Notes: generated from the letters alone by a model not told the origin. A stretch of DNA of 64,000 nt from Pseudomonadota bacterium (GCA_029779435.1 JAKPAM010000162.1:5527-69526), one strand, 5' to 3'; counted from the first letter of the stretch, positions 19,207 through 29,300 are shown. Numbers and translations are program-made.

Positions 19207-20090
19207 GCGCCCCCGCTTCGACACTCGCGCGGCCGGCGCCGCCGGCCGCGACAGCCGGCGCAGGCGATCGATCCGTCCGGCGCGACCACCTGACCGAGCC
19301 GCGCGCGGTCCGCCTCGTGCTGACGACGATCGCGCTGGTGTTCATCGCGCTGTTCCTCGTGTCGCCGCTGCTCATCGTCATCGGCGAGGGCCTGAAGAAA
19401 GGCGGCGACGCGTTCATCGCCGCGCTGTCGGACGCCGATGCGTGGGAAGCGATCAAGCTGACGCTGCTGATCGCCGGCATCACGGTGCCGCTGAACGTCG
19501 TGTTCGGCGTCAGCGTCGCGTGGGCGATCGCCAAGTTCCAGTTCCGCGGCAAGCAGTGGCTGGTCACGCTGATCGACCTGCCGTTCTCGGTGTCGCCGGT
19601 CGTCGCGGGCCTGATCTTCGTGCTGTGGTTCGGCCGCAGCGGCTGGTTCGGCCCGTGGCTGACCGAGCACGACGTCAAGATCATCTTCGCGGTACCGGGC
19701 ATGGTGCTGGCCACGCTGTTCGTCACGTTTCCGCTGGTCGCGCGCGAGCTGATCCCGTTGATGCAGGCCCAGGGCAGCGACGAGGAGCAGGCGGCGCTGA
19801 CGCTGGGCGCCGGCGGCTGGCAGATCTTCCGGCGCGTGACGCTGCCCAACATCCGCTGGGCGCTGCTGTACGGCGTGATCCTGTGCAACGCGCGCGCGAT
19901 GGGCGAGTTCGGCGCGGTATCGGTCGTGTCGGGCCACATCCGCGGCGTCACCAACACGATCCCGCTGCAGGTCGAGATCCTCTACAACGAATACCAATTC
20001 CAGGCCGCGTTCGCCGTCGCATCGCTGCTCGCGCTGCTGGCGATCGCCACGCTGGTCGTCAAGATCTTCATCGAACACCGCACGTCATGA
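19203..20090 (+). CDS. cysW: Sulfate ABC transporter permease CysW
   Basis: This is the internal part of track ORF 18591..20090. The ATG at 19203 overlaps the cysT stop codon (ATGA). The EAA loop is [22 protein letters not shown]. Confidence 0.85.
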   Translation: MSAPASTLARPAPPAATAGAGDRSVRRDHLTEPRAVRLVLTTIALVFIALFLVSPLLIVIGEGLKKGGDAFIAALSDADAWEAIKLTLLIAGITVPLNVVFGVSVAWAIAKFQFRGKQWLVTLIDLPFSVSPVVAGLIFVLWFGRSGWFGPWLTEHDVKIIFAVPGMVLATLFVTFPLVARELIPLMQAQGSDEEQAALTLGAGGWQIFRRVTLPNIRWALLYGVILCNARAMGEFGAVSVVSGHIRGVTNTIPLQVEILYNEYQFQAAFAVASLLALLAIATLVVKIFIEHRTS

Positions 20091-21163
20091 GCATCGAAGT
20101 CCGCAACGTCTCCAAGCGCTTCGGCGATTTCACCGCCCTGAACAACGTCTCGGCCACGATCGACTCGGGCGAACTCGTCGCGCTGCTGGGGCCGTCCGGC
20201 TGCGGCAAGACGACGCTGCTGCGGATCATCGCCGGCCTGGAGACGCCCGACAGCGGCAGCATCCTGTTCTCGGGCGAGGATGCGACGCACGTCGACGTGC
20301 GCCGGCGCCAGGTCGGCTTCGTGTTCCAGCACTACGCGCTGTTCCGCCACATGACGGTGTTCGAGAACGTCGCGTTCGGCCTGCGCGTCAAGCCGCGCCG
20401 CGAACGGCCGAACGAAGCCTTCATCCGCGACAAGGTCAAGGAGCTGCTGTCGCTGGTCCAGCTCGACTGGCTGGCCGACCGCTACCCATCGCAGTTGTCC
20501 GGCGGCCAGCGCCAGCGGATCGCGCTGGCGCGGGCGCTGGCCGTCGAACCGCGCGTGCTGCTGCTCGACGAACCGTTCGGCGCCCTCGACGCCAAGGTGC
20601 GCAAGGAACTTCGCCGCTGGCTGCGCCGCCTGCACGACGAATTGCACGTGGCCAGCATCTTCGTCACGCACGACCAGGAAGAAGCGCTGGAAGTGGCCGA
20701 CCGCGTCGTGCTGATGAACGCCGGCAACATCGAGCAGATCGGCAGCCCCAACGACGTGTGGAACCATCCGGCCAGCCCGTTCGTCTACGGGTTTCTCGGC
20801 GATGTCAACCTGTTCCACGGCCGCGCCAGCGAAGGACAGGTGCATGTCGAAGGCATCACGCTCGATGCGCCCGAGCACCTGGCCGTCGACGATGCCGAGG
20901 CGCTGGCCTACGTGCGGCCGCACGACATGGATGTCGAGCGGTTGACCTCGCGATCGCAGGGCGGCATCGTCGTCAAGCTCGGCCGCATCGTGCAGACCGG
21001 ATCGATCGCCAGGCTCGAACTGGAGCGAGACGGCACCGACCAGATCATCGAGGCGCACATCCCGCTCGAGAAGCTGCGCGCGCTCGACCTGCAACCCGGC
21101 GAGGCGCTGAGCGTGCGGCCCCGGCATGCGCGGATCTTCGTGCCGGAGGGGCCGCGGCAGTAA
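20087..21163 (+). CDS. cysA: Sulfate/thiosulfate import ATP-binding protein CysA
   Basis: This is the internal part of track ORF 19442..21163. The ATG at 20087 overlaps the cysW stop codon (ATGA). It carries [24 protein letters not shown] and [11 protein letters not shown]. Confidence 0.9.
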   Translation: MSIEVRNVSKRFGDFTALNNVSATIDSGELVALLGPSGCGKTTLLRIIAGLETPDSGSILFSGEDATHVDVRRRQVGFVFQHYALFRHMTVFENVAFGLRVKPRRERPNEAFIRDKVKELLSLVQLDWLADRYPSQLSGGQRQRIALARALAVEPRVLLLDEPFGALDAKVRKELRRWLRRLHDELHVASIFVTHDQEEALEVADRVVLMNAGNIEQIGSPNDVWNHPASPFVYGFLGDVNLFHGRASEGQVHVEGITLDAPEHLAVDDAEALAYVRPHDMDVERLTSRSQGGIVVKLGRIVQTGSIARLELERDGTDQIIEAHIPLEKLRALDLQPGEALSVRPRHARIFVPEGPRQ

Positions 21164-21253
21164 AAGGAGCCAGGGGCTGTCTCGCCTCGAAAAGAACCGC
21201 TGCGGCGCCATCGGCCTCGCCTTGCCGGACGGTATTCGATCACTCGATTGGTG

Positions 21254-21273
21254 ATAATGCATTTTTGCATTAT
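21254..21273. promoter_or_regulatory. Perfect 8-bp inverted repeat ATAATGCA-TTTT-TGCATTAT, candidate VapB operator / -10 region
   Basis: The repeat lies 31 bp upstream of the vapB ATG and is followed by TATTAT. It is the only AT-rich patch in the cysA-vapB gap. Confidence 0.5.
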
Positions 21274-21303
21274 TATCAAACCTTCCGCCCTACGGAGGTC
21301 GAT

Positions 21304-21564
21304 ATGAGCACATTGAGCGTCACTGCACGCGGCCAGGTGACATTCAGGAAAGAAGTCCTGCAACATCTGGGAATCAAGCCCGGCGACAAGATCGAACTGC
21401 ACTTGCTGCCCGACGGGCGCGCCGAGTTGAAGGCCTCGCGACCGAGAGGCTCCTTTCGTGCGCTGCATGGCATCCTCGACGGCAAGACCAACGGCGCCCG
21501 ATTGAGCGTGGATGAGATCAACGAAGCCATTGCCGAAGCCGGTGCCAAGGCCGGTACGGCATGA
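21304..21564 (+). CDS. vapB: AbrB/MazE/SpoVT-type antitoxin (VapB-like)
   Basis: These are the last 86 aa of track ORF 20758..21564. The swapped-hairpin segment is RGQVTFRKEVLQHLGIKPGDKIEL, and GGAGG precedes the ATG. Confidence 0.8.
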   Translation: MSTLSVTARGQVTFRKEVLQHLGIKPGDKIELHLLPDGRAELKASRPRGSFRALHGILDGKTNGARLSVDEINEAIAEAGAKAGTA

Positions 21565-21956
21565 AGATAACGGCCGATACCAACGTTCTGGTTCGCACCC
21601 TCGTCAGGGACGATGAAGCCCAGTCGGCTCGCGCCGTCGATCTGCTGGAACACGCCGACATGGTTGCCGTGAGCTTGCAGAGCTTGTGCGAACTCGTATG
21701 GGTATTACGCGGTCGGTACGGTGTTCAGCGCGCAGACATCGCAACTGCCATCCGCATGCTGCTGGATACCGGCAATATCGTCGTGAATAGGCCCGCTGCC
21801 GAGGCGGGCCTGGCGATGCTCGATGCGGGCGGCGATTTCGCGGATGGCGTCATTGCTCATGATGGCACCTGGCTGGGAGCGCAGACCTTCATGTCATTCG
21901 ACAAGCAGGCCGTGTCGCTGTTGAAAAAGCAAGGGCAGTCCGCGCGCCTTCTCTGA
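21561..21956 (+). CDS. vapC: PIN-domain toxin (VapC-like)
   Basis: 131-aa ORF whose ATG overlaps the vapB stop codon (ATGA). It has the N-terminal acidic motif ITADTNVLV and the later acidic residue in GGDFADGVIA. Confidence 0.8.
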   Translation: MKITADTNVLVRTLVRDDEAQSARAVDLLEHADMVAVSLQSLCELVWVLRGRYGVQRADIATAIRMLLDTGNIVVNRPAAEAGLAMLDAGGDFADGVIAHDGTWLGAQTFMSFDKQAVSLLKKQGQSARLL

Positions 21957-22047
21957 AGCACGCTGAAAGGCCTCGAACGTCGCACGAACGGACGCCTCAT
22001 AATGGCGGCCACGATGGACCTCGATAGGCCGCGACACCAAGGAGACG

Positions 22048-23091
22048 ATGCCGATGATGCCCCCTGCCCTGACCGAACACGTCTGCAAGACCGATCGTCA
22101 CACGACCCATTATCTGCAAGGTGGTCCGCTCGACGGGCCGCTGCTGATCTTCGTCCATGGCTGGCCCGAGCTGGCGATAAGCTGGCGCTCGCAACTGGCC
22201 GCGTTCGCCGCGCTGGGCTTTCGGGTCGTCGCGCCCGACATGCGCGGCTATGGCCGGTCGAGCGTGCCCGACCGTTCCGACGCCTACACGATGGCCGAGA
22301 TCACGCAGGACATGGTCGAGCTGCTCGCTCACCTGGGCCGCGACACCGCGATCTGGATCGGCCACGACTGGGGCGGCCCCGTGGTCTGGTCGATCGCCAG
22401 CCATCACCCGGCGCTGTGCGCGGGCGTCGCGAGCCTGTGCGTGCCCTACCAGCCCGAGGGCTTCGCGCCGCAGACCCTGATGCCGCTGATCGACCGCGTG
22501 CTGTATCCGGCCGACCAGTATCCGGCCGGGCAATGGGACTATCAGCTCTACTACATCGAAAACCTCGAGAACGCGACGCGCACGCTGCAGGCGGACACGG
22601 TGCGCACGATCAAGTGCCTGTTCCGCCGCGGCGACCCCGCCGGCCGCGACAAGCAGGCGGTCACCGCCTACCTGCGCAAGGCCGGCGGCTGGTTCGGCGG
22701 CCTCGCGGTCGCACCGGATCTCCCGCGCGACGAGGCGGTGATCAGCGAAGAAGACCTGCACCGCTATGCGAGCGCGCTCGCGCGCAACGGGTTCTTCGGC
22801 CCCGACTCGTGGTACGTCAATCCCGACGCCAACATCGCGTTCGCCCGCCAGTCCGTCGATGGCGGCAGGCTGGCGATGCCGGTGCTGTTCCTGCACGCGT
22901 CGTACGACTGGATCTGCGCGACCGAGCACACCCGGCTGGCCGACCCGATGCGCGCCGCCTGCAGCCGGTTGACCGAAGGCGTCGTCGCCAGTGGCCATTG
23001 GATGCAGCAGGAAAAGCCGCTCGAGGTCAACGCCCACCTGGCGCGCTGGCTAGCGACCGCGCTGCCCGATTACTGGCCGGTCCCGCGCTGA
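22048..23091 (+). CDS. Alpha/beta hydrolase, epoxide-hydrolase-like
   Basis: 347-aa ORF with the oxyanion motif HGWPELAISWR and the nucleophile elbow GHDWGGPVVW. Confidence 0.85.
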   Translation: MPMMPPALTEHVCKTDRHTTHYLQGGPLDGPLLIFVHGWPELAISWRSQLAAFAALGFRVVAPDMRGYGRSSVPDRSDAYTMAEITQDMVELLAHLGRDTAIWIGHDWGGPVVWSIASHHPALCAGVASLCVPYQPEGFAPQTLMPLIDRVLYPADQYPAGQWDYQLYYIENLENATRTLQADTVRTIKCLFRRGDPAGRDKQAVTAYLRKAGGWFGGLAVAPDLPRDEAVISEEDLHRYASALARNGFFGPDSWYVNPDANIAFARQSVDGGRLAMPVLFLHASYDWICATEHTRLADPMRAACSRLTEGVVASGHWMQQEKPLEVNAHLARWLATALPDYWPVPR

Positions 23092-23265
23092 CGGCGTTCC
23101 CCCCGGCGCTGCATCGCAGTACGCCCAAGGCCTGTTGACGCCAAGGTCGAACCAGAGCCGAGGGGCGCCCCCGTGATCGCCGAGGCTGCCCCGATCGACG
23201 GCCGCTTTTCGACGCTCGGGCGCCAGCGTCCCCGGCGACAATGGCCATCCGAACAGGAGTGAGCC

Positions 23266-23412
23266 GTGAAGCCGCGCAACGCCGATCCCGAACTACCCCC
23301 GCCGCTGCCGATCGCGCGCGGCATGCCCGAGCGCATCGGCGCCAAGGAACGCACCGCGGTGCTGGTGTGGGTCGGGGTGGCCGCTTATTTCATCTACGTG
23401 CTGGTGTTCTGA
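23266..23412 (+). CDS. Unlisted 48-aa ORF; predicted small protein with a C-terminal TM helix
   Basis: It has a GTG start 6 nt after AGGAG. My translation is VKPRNADPELPPPLPIARGMPERIGAKERTAVLVWVGVAAYFIYVLVF. About 87 percent of third codon positions are G/C, matching real genes in this window. It is below the ORF-track length cut-off. Confidence 0.4.
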   Translation: MKPRNADPELPPPLPIARGMPERIGAKERTAVLVWVGVAAYFIYVLVF

Positions 23413-23478
23413 TCCCCCCTCCGATCTGGCCACTCGGGCGATGACCGCTTCCCTTCGTCGATCGACGCGCGAATTTTT

Positions 23479-23520
23479 ATTTAGATTTTTATAATTTAGT
23501 ATAATCTAATATATAAGTTC
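23479..23520 (+). promoter_or_regulatory. AT-rich promoter-like block with two TATAAT hexamers and a TTAGATT/AATCTAA dyad
   Basis: TATAAT occurs at 23490..23495 and 23500..23505. The inverted repeat is TTAGATT (23481..23487) with AATCTAA (23503..23509). This roughly 50-bp block of very low GC in a high-GC genome lies 30-70 bp upstream of the ATG at 23551, which is preceded by GGGAGGGA. Confidence 0.55.
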
Positions 23521-23550
23521 GTCAGTGCCTCGCGCTTCGGGAGGGAAAGC

Positions 23551-23927
23551 ATGCAATCGCCAAGTCCTATCCAAGGGCGTCGCGCCTTTCTGGCGCTCGG
23601 CCTCGCCGGTGCCGCGGGTATCGCATCGACGCCGCGCATCGCCGGCGCGGCAACCAAGATCAAGACGAACGCCCGCATCGTCATCGCCGGCGCGGGCGCG
23701 GCGGGCCTCACCACCGCATCGCGCCTGTCCGAGGCGCTGGATGGCGCGACGATCACGTTGATCGATGCGCGGCGCGAGCACTTCTATCAGCCCGGCTTCA
23801 CGCTCGTTACCTGGTGCCGTCCTTCCCGGGCGTGATCGCCCCGCTCGAAGAACTGTGGATCACCTGGGTCATGAAGACGATGGCGCTGAAGCCGACCTAC
23901 GTCAGCATGCTTCGCGGCCAGGCATGA
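23551..23927 (+). pseudogene. Deletion remnant of a Tat-exported SQR-like NAD(P)/FAD-dependent oxidoreductase
   Basis: The N-terminal 86 aa (RRAFLALGLAGAAG twin-arginine signal, GAGAAG dinucleotide-binding motif, HFYQPGFTLV) run into a stop codon at 23833. A different frame then reads LVPSFPGVIAPLEELWITWVMKTMALKPTYVSMLRGQA and stops at 23925..23927, which looks like the C-terminal tail of the same family. About 300 codons of a normal enzyme are missing. Confidence 0.6.
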
Positions 23928-23938
23928 GGAGAGTCGCC

Positions 23939-24283
23939 ATGAAGGACATCGATCCCGCCATCCTGCTGGCCGTCTTCCAGGAAATGCTCGGCCCCCTGCT
24001 ATGGGTGCTGCTAGGCATCGCCGTGCTGGGCCTGCTGGCATTCGCCGCGCTGTTGATCCGCGAGAAAGGCCTGGTGTCACGCCGGCTCGTGCGCTCGGAG
24101 GCCACAGGCGTCATCGGCGGCGCACTGGCGCTCGCCTTGATGGCCAAGGTGTCGTCATCGGGCTTCACCGATGCCGGCGGCCCTGCCGACTGGTTCCTGA
24201 TCGCGCTGGTCTTCGGCCTGGGCCTGATCGGCTCGACGATCCTCGTCTATACGCTGGCCGGCTGGATCACGGCCCGCCGGTAG
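23939..24283 (+). CDS. Small membrane protein with 3 predicted TM helices, of the type usually found just downstream of SQR-like genes (DUF5368-like, from memory)
   Basis: These are the last 114 aa of track ORF 23765..24283 (MKDIDPAILLAVFQEML...). GAGGAGAG precedes the ATG. Confidence 0.65.
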   Translation: MKDIDPAILLAVFQEMLGPLLWVLLGIAVLGLLAFAALLIREKGLVSRRLVRSEATGVIGGALALALMAKVSSSGFTDAGGPADWFLIALVFGLGLIGSTILVYTLAGWITARR

Positions 24284-24326
24284 CGACCGCGTTTCCCTCA
24301 ACACATCGACCCCAGGAGTCCTTCCG

Positions 24327-24683
24327 ATGGCGACGAACAGCTACAACGACCTGACCAGGCAGATCACCGCCAACCTCGCTCCGCTGCGCGAAAGCGTGCC
24401 GCAAGTCATGAAGAGCTTTTCGGAGATGGGCAAGGCCGCCATCGCCGACGGCGCGCTGGACTCCAAGACCAAGGAACTCATCGCGTTGGCGATCGGCGTC
24501 GCGGTGCGTTGCGACGGCTGCATCGGGTTCCACGCCAAGGCGCTGGCGCGGCTCGGCGCCAGCGAAGCCGAAGTCCACGACATGCTGGGCGTGGCGGTCT
24601 ACATGGGCGGCGGACCGTCGGTGATGTATGCGGCCGAGGCCGTCGCGGCATTCAAGGAGTTCTCGTCGCCGACGGGTAAGTGA
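24327..24683 (+). CDS. Carboxymuconolactone decarboxylase (AhpD-like) family protein
   Basis: 118-aa ORF with the CxxC segment AVRCDGCIGFHAKAL, typical of the CMD/AhpD fold. Confidence 0.85.
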   Translation: MATNSYNDLTRQITANLAPLRESVPQVMKSFSEMGKAAIADGALDSKTKELIALAIGVAVRCDGCIGFHAKALARLGASEAEVHDMLGVAVYMGGGPSVMYAAEAVAAFKEFSSPTGK

Positions 24684-24758
24684 TCGTCCGCGCGGAGCGA
24701 TTCCGTGCCGGCCCCTTTCGAGGGCGCCGGCCATCCCGGCCGAAGCACGCGCGCCCTC

Positions 24759-26174
24759 TCAACGGGCAGCCAGTTCACCATCGGCCTCGCGCAGCGCGGC
24801 CTCGTCCAGGTGGCCGGCCAGCGCGGCCAGCCGAAGCCGGTCCTTCATCAGGCCGACCCGCGCCTGCGCCAACGCGAGTTCGGCGCCGGCGGCCTCGTTC
24901 TCGGCATTGAGCAGGTCCAGCGTGGTCCGCTCGCCGACCTCCAGCCCGAGCCGCGTGGCGTCGCGCCGGGACAGACTCGCGCTGACCGCCTGTTCGAGGG
25001 CGCGCACGCGCTCCGACCCGACGCTCAGGCTCAGCCAGGCCGCGCGCACCTGCTGGGCGGCCTGTTCGCGCGCCTGCTCGACTTCAGCCGCGGCCTTGTC
25101 GACCAGGCGCAGTGCCTCTTCTTCCTTGGCACCACGATAACCCCCGGTGAACAGCGGCACCGAAAGCTGGATGCCCACCATCCGCTGGGTTCCGACGTTG
25201 CTGGCCGAGCCGAAGTCGCCGCTGCCGTTGAGCCGGTCGCGGCCGACCTGGGCGACGAGATCGACGGAGGCGGACGCGGCCTGGCGGTACTTGGCCGCCT
25301 CGTGCTTCGCGACCTCGACCGCCATCGACTGGGCCCGGATGCCGGGATTGCCCGAGCGCGCATCGTCCAGCCATGATGCCAGCGGCCGCAACGGCGAGGC
25401 AGGATCGGCAGCATGCCCGGGCAGGCGAGCGCTGAGCGCCGCGGCAGACAGGCCGGTGGCGTCGGCCAGCAGATCGCGCTGGATCTGCACGCCGGCGTCG
25501 GCGGCCAGCACCTGCGCGCGGACGGCCGCCAGGCGAGCCGCGGCCTCGTGGGTGTCGGTGACCGGCACGGCGCCGAGCTGGAAGCGATCCCGCGCCTCGG
25601 TCGCAGCCTGCTGTACGGCGTCGAGCTGCCGGCCGAGCACGCGAGCGGTCTCCTCGGCGAGCGCAAGGTCCAGATACCGCTCCGCCGTGCGGAGCATCAG
25701 CGATTGTCCAGCCGCCTCCCACTGGATGTCCGCCAGGTCGACCGACGTGGAAAGCTGCTGCTGCTCGGCACGGCGCCTGGGGTTGTACAGCGGCTGCGCC
25801 GCCGACACCGCCCAGCGCGCCGCCGTACCGTTGGTCACCGAGGTACTGAAGCCGACGCCGTTCGATTGCCCGAACGCAGGCGCCTCGAACTGCGCGCCGC
25901 GCGTCCGGGTTTCGTTCGTGGCGATGCCCGCCGTGCCGGTCAATCCGACGGTCGGCCGCCATAGCGCCGCCGTCTGGTCGCGGCGCGGCTGGGCGGCCGC
26001 GTGGGCGGCCCGCGCGACCGCGTAGGCCTTGTCGTGCTGCGTCGCGGCCTGCCAGGCTTCCACCAAGCCGGTCGCCTGAGCCGCCCACCCGTGGCAGGCC
26101 AGCGATACGGCCAGCAGACTGCGGGGCAATACGTGCAGGCGGAGTCGGAAAGGCCGGAAAGCCGCGCGCATCAT
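24759..26174 (-). CDS. TolC-family outer-membrane channel (fourth gene of the RND operon)
   Basis: Track ORF 24759..26288, with the start at M39 (MMRAAFRPFRL..., signal peptide ending WAAQA). That start shares its first base with the upstream stop codon (TGATG). It has the two-repeat TolC architecture and no lipobox. Confidence 0.85.
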   Translation of the reverse strand: MMRAAFRPFRLRLHVLPRSLLAVSLACHGWAAQATGLVEAWQAATQHDKAYAVARAAHAAAQPRRDQTAALWRPTVGLTGTAGIATNETRTRGAQFEAPAFGQSNGVGFSTSVTNGTAARWAVSAAQPLYNPRRRAEQQQLSTSVDLADIQWEAAGQSLMLRTAERYLDLALAEETARVLGRQLDAVQQAATEARDRFQLGAVPVTDTHEAAARLAAVRAQVLAADAGVQIQRDLLADATGLSAAALSARLPGHAADPASPLRPLASWLDDARSGNPGIRAQSMAVEVAKHEAAKYRQAASASVDLVAQVGRDRLNGSGDFGSASNVGTQRMVGIQLSVPLFTGGYRGAKEEEALRLVDKAAAEVEQAREQAAQQVRAAWLSLSVGSERVRALEQAVSASLSRRDATRLGLEVGERTTLDLLNAENEAAGAELALAQARVGLMKDRLRLAALAGHLDEAALREADGELAAR

Positions 26175-26383
26175 CACGCTCCGGGCCGCATGCCGAGCTT
26201 GCGCAGCAGGGTTTCGAGAAAGCACCATTTCGTCAGGCCGCTCTGCAGCAGGTTCAAGCCGACGAACACGGTGAACGCGAGCCACCACTCGTTGACGAAG
26301 ATCGGGCTTCGCGGAAGGCCGAGCGCCAACGACAGCAGGATCGCGACCCCTGCGAACACGCGGACGAATTGCCAGGATGTCAT
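26174..26383 (-). CDS. 69-aa DUF2892 / YgaP-transmembrane-domain-like membrane protein
   Basis: These are the last 69 aa of track ORF 26174..26980: MTSWQFVRVFAGVAILLSLALGL...FVGLNLLQSGLTKWCFLETLLRKLG. It has two TM helices and a conserved Cys. The ATG overlaps the RND stop codon (ATGA). Confidence 0.7.
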   Translation of the reverse strand: MTSWQFVRVFAGVAILLSLALGLPRSPIFVNEWWLAFTVFVGLNLLQSGLTKWCFLETLLRKLGMRPGA

Positions 26384-29300
26384 GAGTTCTCTCCTTGGGG
26401 GGACGGGACGGAAGACGGCAGGGCCGGTGCTTCGGGCGTTTCGAATGCTTCGGCGCCCGTGATCGCGTCGAGCCGATGCCGGTAAGCGACGTAGTAGAGG
26501 ATCGGGATCACGACGAGCGTGAGGACGGTCGATACGAAGATCCCGAAGATCAGCGAGATCGCCAGGCCGTTGAAGATCGGATCGTCGAGGATGAAGAACG
26601 CGCCCAGCATCGCCGCCAGGCCGGTCAGCGCGATCGGCTGCGCGCGCGTGATCGCCGATCGCACGATCGCCTGTTCGAAATCGACGCCGTCGCGCACCTG
26701 CAGGTTGATGAAGTCGACGAGCAGGATCGAATTGCGCACGATGATGCCGGCCAGCGCGATCATGCCGATCATGCTGGTGGCCGTGTATTGCGCGCCCAGC
26801 AGCGCATGCCCTGGCATCACCCCGATGATCGTCAGGGGGATCGGCGCCATGATGATCAGCGGCGTCAGATAGGAGCCGAACTGCGCCACCACCAGCAGGT
26901 AGATCAGCACGAGGCCCACGCCATAAGCGAGCCCCATGTCGCGGAAGGTCTCGTAGGTGATCTGCCACTCGCCGTCCCATTTCAGCGCATAACCGCGGTA
27001 CGCGTCGTCGGGCTGGCTGATGAAGGTCTCCCCCAGCGTGCCGCCGCCCGGCGTCGCGATGCCGGCCAGTTCGCCGCGCATCCGGAACATGCCGTACAGC
27101 GGACTGTCGAGCGCGCCCGCCATGTCGGCCACGACGTAGTTCACCGGCAGCAGGTCCTTATGATGGATCGGCTGCTCGCTGACCTGGTCGCTGCGCGTGA
27201 CGAGTTCCCGGATCGGCACGAGCCTGCCGCCGGCGCCGCGTACCGTGAGCTGCAGCAGCGCATCGAGATCGCCATGCTGCTCGGGAGGCAGTTGCAGCAT
27301 CGCGGCGGCCGGATACTTGGTCTCGTCGTGCAGGTAGGTCGCGGCCTCGCCCGCCAGCCCCGCGCGCAGCGTCGTGACGATCGCCTGCTGCGGCACGCCG
27401 AGCATCGCGGCCTTCTGCCGGTCGACGACCAGCATGGTCTTCGGCGCGGCCGCGATGCTGCTGTCGTCGACGTCGACGACGTTGGCCGTGCGTTCGAACA
27501 CCGCGCGCACCGCCTTGGCGACCTGCTGGCGTCCGGCCGCGTCGGGGCCATAGACCTCGGCGACGATCGGCGACAGCACCGGCGGGCCGGGCGGCACTTC
27601 GACGACCTTGACGTTGGCGCCGAAGCGCGCGCCGATCTTCTGCAGTTCGGGCCTTACCCGCGTCGCGATCGCATGGCTCTGGTCGTGGCGCGCATGCTTG
27701 TCGACGAGGTTGACCTGCAGGTCGCCGACGTTGCCGCCGGCCCGCAGGTAGTACTGGCGAACCAGTCCGTTGAAATTGATCGGTGCCGACGTGCCGGCAT
27801 ACGCCTGGTAGTCGGTGACCTCGGGGACGGTCACCAGGTAGGCGCCGAGCTCGCGCAGCACCGCGGCGGTCTGCTCGACCGGCGTGCCGGCCGGCATGTC
27901 GACGACGACCTGGAACTCCGACTTGTTGTCGAACGGCAGCATCTTCAGCAACACCAGGCCGGCGGCCGGCAGCGCCACCGACGCCGCGATCAGCAAGCCG
28001 ATGCCCAGGCCCAGCAGCGCGCGGTTGCGCGAGCCGCGCCGCGCGTCCAGCAGCGGCCGGAACATCCGCTCGAACCACGGCGCGAAGCGCGCCGACAGTC
28101 CGTGCCCGTGCGATGCGCCGGACGCGTCGCTGTCCCGTGGCGCTCCCGCTGCTCCCGCTGCTCCCGCTGCTCCCGTTGCTCCCGTTGCTCCCACCGCCTC
28201 CGGCGGCGACGGCGGCGGTACCGGCACCGCCTTCATCCACAACCGCGCCAACCACGGCGTGACGACGAACGCGATCGCCAGCGACAGCAGCATGCCCATG
28301 CTGGCGTTGATCGGGATCGGGCTCATATAAGGACCCATCAATCCGGAGACGAACGCCATCGGCAGCAGCGCGGCGATCACCGTCAACGTCGCGAGGATCG
28401 TCGGGCCGCCCACTTCGTCGACGGCGCCGGGAATGATCGCCGCCAGCGATCTGCCCGGATGCAGATGCTGATGGCGATGGATGTTCTCGACGACGACGAT
28501 CGCGTCGTCGACCAGGATGCCGATCGAGAAGATCAGCGCGAACAGCGACACCCGGTTCAGCGTGAAACCCCAGGCCCACGACGCGAACAGCGTCACCGTC
28601 AGCGTCAGCACCACGGCGCTGCCAACGATGGCGGCCTCGCGCCGGCCGAGCGCGAAGAACACCAGCGCGACCACCGACGCGGTGGCGAACAGCAGCTTCT
28701 TGATCAGCGTGCGGGCCTTGTCATTGGCCGACGCGCCATAGTTGCGCGTCTCGGCCACGCGCACGTCGGCGGGGATCACGGTGTCGCGCAGCGCATCGAC
28801 GCGCGCGAGCACCGCATCGGCGACGTCGATCGCGTTCTCGCCGGCCTTTTTGGTCACGGTGATCGTGACGGCGGGGTAATCGATCGCGGAATCGATCGGA
28901 GAATCGGTTGGAGGATCAGCCGGGGAACGGGCCGTGTCATCGGACGGAGATGCACCGGAACGGTCGGCCCCCGCCCCTCTCTTGGCGACGATGCCGTGCC
29001 ACACGTACCGCGCGGGCGGCGGGGGACCATCGTCCACGTCGGCGACGTCGCGCAGGAACACCGGCCTGCCGCCGCGCACGCCGACCACCAGGTCGGCGAC
29101 CTCGCGGGCATCGCGCAGGAACGGGCCGGACTCGATCGCCACCGACCGGTTGCCCGCGATCAACTCTCCGACCGGCAGGCCCAGGTTGGCCGACTGCAGC
29201 GCCTGCCGCAGATCGGGTACCGTGAGGCCGACGCCGTTCATCCGGACCGGATCGATCCGCACCATCACCGCCCGGCCCGGGCCACCGATCGTGGCGACCT

